Positions 37,319-45,743 of a DNA stretch of 64,000 nt are shown here, piece after piece. Both the position numbers and the translations under genes were made by a program. The stretch is from NCBI GenBank assembly GCA_964578585.1, contig CAZODM010000002.1, positions 540 to 64,539 on the forward strand, written 5' to 3'. Positions within the stretch are counted from its first letter, which is position 1, and each line of letters starts with the position of its first letter. The notes below the pieces were generated by a model, which searched no databases, was not told the origin of the DNA, and worked only from the letters and a program-made list of their open reading frames with translations. This DNA comes from an uncultured Desulfobacterales bacterium (GTDB taxonomy: Bacteria; Desulfobacterota; Dissulfuribacteria; Dissulfuribacterales; JAMONC01).

Positions 37319-38233
37319 TTATAAAATTATATTTATTTCTTTAGCAGCGTCTTTTATATGTGATATAAATATATCTTGAATAGTTTCTAATTCTCCTAAT
37401 CCTTTAAATATAGGTTTTACTTCATAACCTATACGAGATAGTTTATTTTTCCATGAATCTTTTGAATCTCCAGCCATATCTTCTATAGCATGTTGTCCTG
37501 CTACAATCATTAGGGGATAGAGTAACAATTGTCTTTTATTATTTGTTTTGATATGTTTAATTATATAATCAATAGAAGGAAAACCCTCTACAGTCCCAAT
37601 AAATATACCAACATCTGGATAAGCTTTATTTAGTAAATATTCTAATTCAGTATATATACCATTTGCCATATATCTATTACCATGTCCCATATAAACTATA
37701 GAGGCATTTAGTTTTCTAGCTGTTTCTATATGTTCTTTTAAAGCATTTACTAATCTATCTAAGTCGTTTCTATATGGATACTTAGGACCCCATGTACCAG
37801 TAAGAGGACGTCCTACAGATATAGGTTTTTTAAAAGGCATCCACTTATCTTTTACTGTCTCAATGGAATTTATGGCACGGATATAACTTAATAGGTCTTC
37901 ATATTGTTCTCCGTGACACAAATATGTAGGTTGTACTACGATAGCTGAAAATCCTTGATTCTGCAAGTCTCCAATAGTACCTAAGAGTCCTTTTACATTT
38001 AAAATCTCTGTGGGAACTTGGTGAGTTTTATTCCAACTAGGGTCTTTTAGTCTTTTTTGCCATATTCTTCTTATAATATTTGAAGTAAAGGATATAGCTA
38101 TCCTAGTGTTTGGAAAACTCTCCTTTGTCTTTTCCCAAATACCAAGTAGTCCTGGTAGCCCTTCCAAAAAAGAAACACCAAACATTGCAAGGATAATGGC
38201 TGTCTTTTCTTTATTGTTGTCCTCTTCTTTCAT
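37319..38233 (-). CDS. cbiK: CbiK-type class II (cobalt) chelatase
   Basis: 304 aa with CbiK-like blocks: AIILAMFGVSF, VVQPTYLCHGEQYEDL and IVYMGHGNRY, the last two carrying the two catalytic-His contexts. No signal peptide. First gene after the B12 riboswitch. Confidence 0.8.
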   Translation of the reverse strand: MKEEDNNKEKTAIILAMFGVSFLEGLPGLLGIWEKTKESFPNTRIAISFTSNIIRRIWQKRLKDPSWNKTHQVPTEILNVKGLLGTIGDLQNQGFSAIVVQPTYLCHGEQYEDLLSYIRAINSIETVKDKWMPFKKPISVGRPLTGTWGPKYPYRNDLDRLVNALKEHIETARKLNASIVYMGHGNRYMANGIYTELEYLLNKAYPDVGIFIGTVEGFPSIDYIIKHIKTNNKRQLLLYPLMIVAGQHAIEDMAGDSKDSWKNKLSRIGYEVKPIFKGLGELETIQDIFISHIKDAAKEINIIL

Positions 38234-38250
38234 CAGTTCCTCCTCTAAAT

Positions 38251-38295
38251 AAAAAAGCCCTCGGACCCTAAAAATACAGACTCCGAGGGCTTTTT
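38251..38295 (-). terminator. Intrinsic terminator forming the riboswitch expression platform
   Basis: On the minus strand, GCCCTCGGA-(16 nt)-TCCGAGGGC is followed by UUUUUU. The stem arms are at + strand 38282-38290 and 38257-38265, and the U-tract is at 38251-38256. The tract ends 17 nt (atttaGAGGAGGaactg) before the cbiK ATG. Confidence 0.8.
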
Positions 38296-38359
38296 AGCCT
38301 ATTCGGATTTATTAAGTGTTAAGACCCAGGGTCCACGCTGGTCTTAACACAAGAACAAA

Positions 38360-38514
38360 CCATAGACCCAGGTATCCTGGCTTGTGGATCATCCTCAGAC
38401 TCAAGCCTTCCCATCTCGCATAAGCGAGACAGTGGCTAAAATGTTGAGTCTTTGTCCCCACTCACAGTGGCGGGCCCGCTCCGGATTTTCACCGGATTCC
38501 CTGAAAGTCTATGG
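38360..38514 (-). promoter_or_regulatory. Cobalamin (B12) riboswitch aptamer
   Basis: The minus strand reads ccatagac-tttcAGGGAAtccGGTGAAAATCCggagcgGGCCCGCCACTGTgagtgggg...AGCCACTGtctcgcttatgcgagaTGGGAAGGCttgag...aaGCCAGGAtACCTGggtctatgg. The P1 halves ccatagac/gtctatgg close the fold, and the GGTGAAAATCC, GCCACTG (B12 box) and GGGAAGGC blocks are all present. Confidence 0.9.
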
Positions 38515-38591
38515 CTAAAGCTCAAAGATCAAAGGTTGTAAAAAGATATATTGCTCTATTTTGTTTTTCTTTTCAAGTCCCTGATAGAAAT

Positions 38592-39956
38592 TTAATATCC
38601 ATGTGCAATTTGTTCAGCTAATAGCTGTGAATTTAAAACGCAATCATTTAAGCTAACGCCACCTACCCAATTAGCACGTATATAAAGATGCTTATAGCCC
38701 CTTGTTATCCAAGAAAGTTTCTGTTCAATCTTTGCATGTCCAACATTGTACTGAGGGATTGACTCATGCCACCTAGAAATATTTACAAAATCAGGCCACG
38801 CCTTAAAGCCCATTATATCTTCTAACTCATCATGTACGATCTTTACTAGTTGATCATCTGGAAGTAGCCCAAGCATTGGTGCTCTTGCCCCTCCAACAAG
38901 AGTTCTTACAAGTGCATAACCGTCTGGTGCTCGATATTTAAATATACTTGAATCCCAAAGGCTTCCCAATATACGTCTATTTTCTGGACCAGGTATTAAA
39001 AATCCAAATCCATCTAGGTGTTTTCCTAAACGTTTTTCCTGGATTCCAAATGAGACTACTGCAATAGGAGGATAATATATTGCCCTTGACACTTCAGAAA
39101 GTTCACATAGAGAATCTTTAAATATTTTAGACGCTTGAGGTGCAGGGCAAGAAATTACTAAGTGAGTAGCTTCAATTTCATCATCTTTAGTTATGATCAA
39201 CCATTTCTTTTTATCCCTTATAACCTTTTTAACCTCACAACCAAGCCTTAATGAGCTAGAAAGTTTTTTTCTTAGGGCATCTACAAGCTCAGACATACCA
39301 TTATCAAAGGAGGTGAGTGTACCGCCGGGTCCAGCACCAGGGCCCTTTTTCCCCTTTTTTTTGGCAGCAATTTGAAGTTTTATCATAGCCCTTATAAGAG
39401 AGCCATATTCTTTTTCAAGGTGATAGATTTTAGGGAAGCAGCTTCTTAAGGATAGTTTTGATGGATCACCCGCATATATACCTGTTGCCATTGGATCAAT
39501 CAGTCGTTTAAAGGCTTCTTCTCCTAAGCGGCGACAGGCAAATTCCTCTAGGGTTTCATCTCTACTAAGATCTCCTTTTGGGATAAAAGCCTCTGCTAGT
39601 ACCCTTAGTTTGCCATAAAAAGAAAGTAAAGGAGAGCTTAGAAATGCTGAGCCAGAATCTGGCATTCTAACAAGTCTGCCATCCTTTACAACAAAACGCT
39701 TTCTTGATGCATCATTACTTCTTAAAGGCTTAAGCCCTAACTCCTTTGCAAGTAGAAGAGTAGAGGGCTTGTTGTCTAAGACACCATTTACCCCTGCTTC
39801 ACATAAGAAGCCATCTTTATATATAGTTCTTGCCTTTCCCCCTGGGCGCAGATCTTTTTCGAATATTATCAATTCCCAGTCTGGACGAAATTTTTTTAAA
39901 TACCAACAAAGAGCAAGTCCTGAAAGTCCTGCTCCAACAACCGCTACTTTAGCCAT
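38592..39956 (-). CDS. hemY: FAD-dependent protoporphyrinogen/coproporphyrinogen III oxidase (HemY/CgoX type)
   Basis: 454 aa with the dinucleotide fold MAKVAVVGAGLSGLALCWYL...FEKDLRPGGK and HemY-like blocks. Its start overlaps the hemH stop. Confidence 0.88.
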   Translation of the reverse strand: MAKVAVVGAGLSGLALCWYLKKFRPDWELIIFEKDLRPGGKARTIYKDGFLCEAGVNGVLDNKPSTLLLAKELGLKPLRSNDASRKRFVVKDGRLVRMPDSGSAFLSSPLLSFYGKLRVLAEAFIPKGDLSRDETLEEFACRRLGEEAFKRLIDPMATGIYAGDPSKLSLRSCFPKIYHLEKEYGSLIRAMIKLQIAAKKKGKKGPGAGPGGTLTSFDNGMSELVDALRKKLSSSLRLGCEVKKVIRDKKKWLIITKDDEIEATHLVISCPAPQASKIFKDSLCELSEVSRAIYYPPIAVVSFGIQEKRLGKHLDGFGFLIPGPENRRILGSLWDSSIFKYRAPDGYALVRTLVGGARAPMLGLLPDDQLVKIVHDELEDIMGFKAWPDFVNISRWHESIPQYNVGHAKIEQKLSWITRGYKHLYIRANWVGGVSLNDCVLNSQLLAEQIAHGY

Positions 39957-40912
39957 TTTGCCTCCTTAAGTTTTTGTTCTACCAGTGCAGCAAGAAAAGA
40001 TATAAAATCTGGTCGCGTATTTAAAGACTCTATTCTGAAAAGTTGCGTCCCAAAGGGTTTAAGCATTTCTTTATATTCCATATCTATCTCATAAAGTGTT
40101 TCTATATGGTCTGAAACAAAGCTAATCGGCACAATCAATATCTTTTTTTTGCCCTGTTGAGCTAGCATTTTAAGGTGTTCATCTGTATAGGGCTTAAGCC
40201 ATTTTACAGGACCACTTCTACTTTGGAAGCAAAGACTACCCTTTATGCCTGTTAGGCGTTCAAGTTCATAAATGGTCTTTTTTACTTCATCAGGATAGGG
40301 GTCACCCTCATCTACCATTTTTTGTGGCATGCTGTGAGCAGAATAAACAAGCTCAAAGTCATCTGCCTCAGGATCAAGCTTATATTTTTTTAAGGCTTCA
40401 TTTATAAGATTTGATAAAGAAATAATATAGCCCGGAGCATCGGGCCACCTTGCAATAATTTCATAGTTAAATCCTAGTAATCCTGCTGCTTGTTTAAAAT
40501 CTTGAATAGACGTCTGAGATGTAACTCTACTGTAGTGAGGATAAAGACTTAGAGCCAAAACCTTTTTTACCCCTTGTTTTTTTAGATCTTTAAGCACATC
40601 TGGGGTTCTCGGATGCCAATATCTCATACCTACGCAGCAGGTCACATCTATTGCCTTTTTTCTAAGCTGTTTTTCTAGGGCTTTAGCTTGAGCATTTGTT
40701 ATAGAAAGCAAGGGGGTTTTACCCCCAATCTTTGCATAAGCCTTTTCGCTTTTGGGTGCTCTTTTTTTAGCAATCCACCATGCAATGGCAGGCTGTAACC
40801 ATTTTGGCCCAAGCTCTATAATGTATCTATCTGTAAAAAGGTTAAATAGAAAGGGACGTACTGCATCTAATGAGTCCGGCCCACCCATGTTTAAAAGTAT
40901 TATTGCTATCAT
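39944..40912 (-). CDS. hemH: Ferrochelatase (HemH/CpfC)
   Basis: 322 aa: IAIILLNMGGPDSLDAVRPFLFNLFTD, LYPHYS, SAHSMP, and ISFVSDHIETLYEID. Confidence 0.93.
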   Translation of the reverse strand: MIAIILLNMGGPDSLDAVRPFLFNLFTDRYIIELGPKWLQPAIAWWIAKKRAPKSEKAYAKIGGKTPLLSITNAQAKALEKQLRKKAIDVTCCVGMRYWHPRTPDVLKDLKKQGVKKVLALSLYPHYSRVTSQTSIQDFKQAAGLLGFNYEIIARWPDAPGYIISLSNLINEALKKYKLDPEADDFELVYSAHSMPQKMVDEGDPYPDEVKKTIYELERLTGIKGSLCFQSRSGPVKWLKPYTDEHLKMLAQQGKKKILIVPISFVSDHIETLYEIDMEYKEMLKPFGTQLFRIESLNTRPDFISFLAALVEQKLKEAKWLK

Positions 40913-41940
40913 AGGTCCATAGAAAGTTTATGTACTAGGTCTACTAAGAATTTTACTCTTTCAGCAGGAATATTAGGAAGGACTCCATGTCCGAGATTAA
41001 ATATATGACTCTTTGCCTTACTTCCTGCCTTAAGAATATCTTTTACCTTTTTTTCTAATTCTTTGTCTTCTAAAAACAGGGCACAAGGATCTAGGTTCCC
41101 TTGAACAACTCTGTCTTCTCCAAGTATTTCTACCGCTTTATCTAGATCTATCCTCCAGTCTATACCAAAGACCTCACAATCTATCTGTGATATTACATGT
41201 AACAGGTGGTATGAATCCAAGGCAAAATATATACGAGGTACCCCACAAGACTTTAAATAGTCAAATATCCTTTGTACAAATGGAAGAACAAAACGTTGAT
41301 ATTCATCAGCATGTAGAATGCCTGCCCAAGTGTCAAACATTTGAACTGCTTGTACTCCAGCTTCAATCTGTGCACTTAAATATGAAAGTGTAACACTACA
41401 AAGTTTGTTCATAAGTTCTTTAAAGACAGTTGGATTTTCATACATAAAACGTTTTGTATAAAAAAAACTTTTTGTAGAGCCACCTTCTATCATATAAGTT
41501 GCCAGAGTAAATGGAGCTCCACTAAAACCAATAAGAGGTACCCTATCTTTTAATTCTTCTCTTAAGATTTTTATTGTCTCCAGTACAAATGGGACATCTT
41601 TTTTAGGATCAATAGACTTTAATTCACTAACTGCCTGTTTATCTCTTATGGTTGGAGATAGGACTGGGCCTTGTCCTTCAATAAATTTAAGTTCTAATCC
41701 CATTGCTTCTGCAGGGATCAGGATATCTGAAAAAAGTATTGCAGCATCTACCCCTAATACATCAACAGGTTGTACGGTAACTTTAGCTGCAAGTTCTGGA
41801 GTTTTACAAAGCGTCAAAAAATCAACTTCTCCTCTTACCTGTTGATATTCAGGAAGATACCTACCAGCTTGTCTCATAATCCATATAGGAACAGGCCTTA
41901 CTTTATAACCTTTACAAGCTCTCAAAAATAAATCATTCAT
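40909..41940 (-). CDS. hemE: Uroporphyrinogen decarboxylase
   Basis: 343 aa: PVPIWIMRQAGRYLPEY, FSDILIPAEAMG, QMFDTWAG, GHGVLP. Confidence 0.95.
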   Translation of the reverse strand: MNDLFLRACKGYKVRPVPIWIMRQAGRYLPEYQQVRGEVDFLTLCKTPELAAKVTVQPVDVLGVDAAILFSDILIPAEAMGLELKFIEGQGPVLSPTIRDKQAVSELKSIDPKKDVPFVLETIKILREELKDRVPLIGFSGAPFTLATYMIEGGSTKSFFYTKRFMYENPTVFKELMNKLCSVTLSYLSAQIEAGVQAVQMFDTWAGILHADEYQRFVLPFVQRIFDYLKSCGVPRIYFALDSYHLLHVISQIDCEVFGIDWRIDLDKAVEILGEDRVVQGNLDPCALFLEDKELEKKVKDILKAGSKAKSHIFNLGHGVLPNIPAERVKFLVDLVHKLSMDL

Positions 41941-41999
41941 CCTTCTGTCTCCCCTTTTTGGTCCAGATCCTGCTGATATTTATCTAATAAAGATGAACT

Positions 42000-43076
42000 T
42001 TAATTCTTTTCTTCTTTTGACTTCCATCTTTTAGGTTTATAGCTACAAAATGGCTCTTCTGCTAAATAATCTCCATATACTGCATAAGCCCTTGCTCTAC
42101 AGCCTCCACATACATTTATATATTCACAAGCGCCGCATCTGCCTTTATATAAAGAAAAGTCTCTTAATTCATTAAAAAGTTTACTTTTTTCCCATATTTC
42201 CTTCATGGGCTGTTCTTTTATATTCCCCCCTGCCATTGGGAAATAGCTACAAGGAAGTACGTTTCCATCAACATCTAACAAGCATATAAGTTGGCCGGCA
42301 AGACATCCCTTACTACCACCTGTAGAGAATTTGAGACTTCTTTTTTTTATCTTTGTACCTTCTTGTTTTTCAAGTTGGAGTCGTATCCTATAGTAGTGTG
42401 GGGCACAGGTAGGACGTACAAGCATATCTTGTTCATTTTTTTCCATCTGATAGTGCCATTTAAGTATCTCTTCATAATCTTCTGGAGAGATTAATTCGCT
42501 CATGATCTCTTCACCACGTCCTGTTGGCACTATCATAAAGAGATACCACGCAGTTGCCCCCAAACTTTTTGCAAGTTCATAGACCTTAGGAATCTCTTCT
42601 TGATTTCTCTTTGTAAAAGAAGAATTTATTAAAAATGGGATATCGTGCTCCTTAAATAATTTGGCTGCATTTATGCTACCCTCAAAGGCACCGGGTTGCT
42701 GTCTAAAATCATCATGAACTGAAGCAGTAGAGCCATCAAGGCTTATAGAGACCATTTTTATACCAGAGTCTTTTATGTTTTGGCATATCTCTTTTGTAAC
42801 AAGTGTGCCATTTGTAGCTAGACACATTCTTAGTCCTTTTGAGGTACCATAATCTGCAATGTCAAAGACATCTTTTCTTAAAAGAGGCTCTCCTCCAGAA
42901 AGCACAACTACTGGCTTTGCAAAGGATGAAATATCATCCAATATTCTATAGGCCTCTTGCAGAGAAAAATCTGGATGATCTTTTACCTCTAGTTCAGAAG
43001 AGGAACGACAGTGTACACAATGTAAATTGCAACGTCTTGTAATCTCCCAAGCCATCCATTTTAGTTCAAATTTCAT
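42000..43076 (-). CDS. Radical SAM/SPASM-domain protein, AhbD/NirJ-like (candidate anaerobic coproheme decarboxylase)
   Basis: 358 aa. The CX3CX2C motif is in [13 protein letters not shown], followed by [10 protein letters not shown] and a C-terminal Cys cluster (CLAGQ...LPCSYF...[19 protein letters not shown]). It is the first gene of the unit ahead of hemE-hemH-hemY. Confidence 0.75.
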   Translation of the reverse strand: MKFELKWMAWEITRRCNLHCVHCRSSSELEVKDHPDFSLQEAYRILDDISSFAKPVVVLSGGEPLLRKDVFDIADYGTSKGLRMCLATNGTLVTKEICQNIKDSGIKMVSISLDGSTASVHDDFRQQPGAFEGSINAAKLFKEHDIPFLINSSFTKRNQEEIPKVYELAKSLGATAWYLFMIVPTGRGEEIMSELISPEDYEEILKWHYQMEKNEQDMLVRPTCAPHYYRIRLQLEKQEGTKIKKRSLKFSTGGSKGCLAGQLICLLDVDGNVLPCSYFPMAGGNIKEQPMKEIWEKSKLFNELRDFSLYKGRCGACEYINVCGGCRARAYAVYGDYLAEEPFCSYKPKRWKSKEEKN

Positions 43077-43297
43077 AATTAAACCCTACCATTACATTAA
43101 AAATTGTACCAATTAATAATTTAACCTTGTATTACTAGCAAGCTATTTTAGCAATATTTATTGCAATATTTTTAAAAATATTTCTAAGGTTTTTGTCAAA
43201 AAAATGACTCTTATGCACTACAACTGCTATCTTCTTTAAGCATTTGGGATATCAATTCTTACAATATCTTTGTTTATTTTAGCATTTATCTTGCTCT

Positions 43298-43312
43298 TGG
43301 CACAAGCATTGC
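43298..43312 (+). promoter_or_regulatory. sigma-54 (-24/-12) promoter upstream of the TPR/activator/flgB unit
   Basis: TGGCAC-aagca-TTGC at 43298-43312 matches the consensus perfectly. Caveat: the predicted +1 (~43324) lies only about 4 nt before the annotated GTG 43328, so either the leader is minimal or the start codon is misplaced. Confidence 0.65.
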
Positions 43313-43327
43313 TCCAAGACAAAAGGC

Positions 43328-45712
43328 GTGAGGACCAGGATCGTTTTAAAGACATTTATCATAATTCTAGTAGTGATGATAGCAAATGCAGGGGTTTGCT
43401 TGTCTTCTAGAAGTAAGGCTGTGTTAAAGAATAAAAAAGAAAGAAGGGAACGATTATTAAAAAAGTTTAAGGAAATAAAACCTGCAACTAGGAAGGAATT
43501 AGAACAGCTCTATCTCACTACTATACCCTATGAAATAAGAAAGGATATAAAAAACTATAAGTGGCAAAATGCCTTAGATGCACTTGATGATCTTTTAGAG
43601 CATGAACAAGACCTTTCTCCTCATGCAAGACAGATGGTAGATCTTGTTAGACTAAGGTGTCTTATGCATCTAGCAGATGCGGGGAAACAGGATTATTGGG
43701 AAGTAATTCAAGCTCTTAGGAGACATCTATATTTATATCCTCACAGTCCTTATAAGCCTTGGATCTACTTAAGCCTTGGAAAGTGTTATAGGAAAGAGGG
43801 CTTTTATCCTGAGGCCCTTGCTTATGATAAGATGGTAGTTGAGGAGTTTAAGAACTCTCCTCAAGCTCCTAAAGCAATGATAGAGGCTGCAAGGGTTCTT
43901 AGGACACAACATAAATATCAAAAGGCCCTTTATTGGCTTAAGAGACTAATACGTCAATATCCTGACACTAAGTCAGCGGATTTGGCAAGGCTTGTACTTG
44001 CGCAATTAGCCCTTGAATCAAACGATATAAAGAGGGCAAAGGTACTTGTGGAACAGATAAAAAAGACAGATCCCAATATTTATATAGATCTACCCAAGCT
44101 TTTATTGGTAGAAGGGGAAATATTAGCAAAACAAGGCAAATATAAAGAGGCGAGAAAAAGATGGCTTCATTATCTTAATCTTCAAACAAGCTCATCTACT
44201 CAAGCTAAGGTTTGGTTTTTTATAGCTGAGTCCTTAAAAAGGGAGCACTTTTATTTAAAAGCTCGTAAATACTATGTCTTAATTAAACAAGAATACCCAG
44301 ATAGTAAGTATGCATTGTTCTCAAAATTTAGGCTTGCCCAATTACAAGAGATAGAACAACAGAGTTTAAGTAAATACGTAAATAATATAAAACCTTGGGA
44401 GCCAGCTGCAGATACTATATTAGTATTAAAAACTATTATTAATCAATATCCTAATAGCAAAATAGCACAAGAAGCTGAAATAACACTTATGAGATATGAC
44501 TTAATGTTAAAAGATGCTTTTGATATATTAAAACAAGCTAAAAATTTTATAAAACTATATCCTAATAGTAGATTTACTGATAATGTAACTAAATATGTAA
44601 AAATTGCATGTAATAAACTACTAAATCAACATTTAGATATAGAAACTATTAAAAAAATAGTAATTTTTGGTAGAGATTTTGTTGGATTATATCCAAAGTC
44701 ACCATTTACAACAGATATTAAAAACTTAACTAGTAATTTATGGATCAAATGGATTAGATATTGTCTAAATAAAAAAGAGTATCTTAAAGCTTTTAAACAA
44801 GAATCTATATATTTAAATACTTTTTTACCAGATAATTATGTAAATACTATAAAAAATTTAACAAGAAAAACTATTGCCTATATAAATGAAGAATTTATAT
44901 CTAAAGATAAACCAATTAATCTACTAAATTTTTATTATATATATCTCAATACTATTAAACAAATTAATGCAAAAGAAGAAAATTTTTATATAGCTATTTC
45001 ATGGAAAAAGTTAGGCTGTTTAGATGCTGCATTAAGATATTTCTATATGGCATATAAAGCAAATATACAAAATAAAAATTTAAAAAATAGATTATTTATC
45101 TCTTGGATATATACAGCTCTAATGACTAATGATTTTAATAGTGTTGCTGCTATTTTAACATTGTATCGATTAAATAATAAAAATTGGTTTGATAATCCTA
45201 AAATCATTCTAGCTTATGCTAAACTTATGCAATATAATAAAAACTGGCAGAATATTATAGATAGATGTTTACCTAATTTACCTTCTGTGAGAGATATATC
45301 TATTAAAAAAGAGTTAGTATACGTATGTGAAAAGGCACTTTTAGAAACTAAAAACTTTAACAAATTTAATCAAATTTTTAAAGATTATAAGACATTTTTA
45401 AATAACAAAATAAAAACTAATCTACTTAAACAAGTAGCACAAAAAGAATTATCTCTTGGATTGATAGATCAAGCTATTAATCATCTAAAAAAAGCTATTA
45501 ATATAGAACCAAACGATCTAGCTCTTATATGGCTATATACTATTGCACTTAATAAAGCTGGTAAGTTTAAATTGGCTCTAAAGGAAGCTAAATTACTTGC
45601 TACTTCTAAAGATAGCTTCTGGGCGTCTGTAGGTTCAGCATTGGTATCAAATATATCTTTCTGGCAGGGACCAGCTGGTTCACTTAAGACTAAAACTTAT
45701 GCTTTTAAATAG
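43328..45712 (+). CDS. Large secreted/membrane-anchored TPR-repeat protein
   Basis: 794 aa with an N-terminal hydrophobic signal (LKTFIIILVVMIANAGVCLSS) and many TPR/YbgF-like units (YPHSPYKPWIYLSLGKCY, FKNSPQAPKAMIEAARV, YPDTKSADLARLVLAQLAL, YPDSKYALFSKFRLAQL, YPNSKIAQEAEITLMRY, YPNSRF, YPKSPF). Confidence 0.8.
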   Translation: MRTRIVLKTFIIILVVMIANAGVCLSSRSKAVLKNKKERRERLLKKFKEIKPATRKELEQLYLTTIPYEIRKDIKNYKWQNALDALDDLLEHEQDLSPHARQMVDLVRLRCLMHLADAGKQDYWEVIQALRRHLYLYPHSPYKPWIYLSLGKCYRKEGFYPEALAYDKMVVEEFKNSPQAPKAMIEAARVLRTQHKYQKALYWLKRLIRQYPDTKSADLARLVLAQLALESNDIKRAKVLVEQIKKTDPNIYIDLPKLLLVEGEILAKQGKYKEARKRWLHYLNLQTSSSTQAKVWFFIAESLKREHFYLKARKYYVLIKQEYPDSKYALFSKFRLAQLQEIEQQSLSKYVNNIKPWEPAADTILVLKTIINQYPNSKIAQEAEITLMRYDLMLKDAFDILKQAKNFIKLYPNSRFTDNVTKYVKIACNKLLNQHLDIETIKKIVIFGRDFVGLYPKSPFTTDIKNLTSNLWIKWIRYCLNKKEYLKAFKQESIYLNTFLPDNYVNTIKNLTRKTIAYINEEFISKDKPINLLNFYYIYLNTIKQINAKEENFYIAISWKKLGCLDAALRYFYMAYKANIQNKNLKNRLFISWIYTALMTNDFNSVAAILTLYRLNNKNWFDNPKIILAYAKLMQYNKNWQNIIDRCLPNLPSVRDISIKKELVYVCEKALLETKNFNKFNQIFKDYKTFLNNKIKTNLLKQVAQKELSLGLIDQAINHLKKAINIEPNDLALIWLYTIALNKAGKFKLALKEAKLLATSKDSFWASVGSALVSNISFWQGPAGSLKTKTYAFK

Positions 45713-45743
45713 TAAATTTACTATCTAAAGGATGTAGATATAA

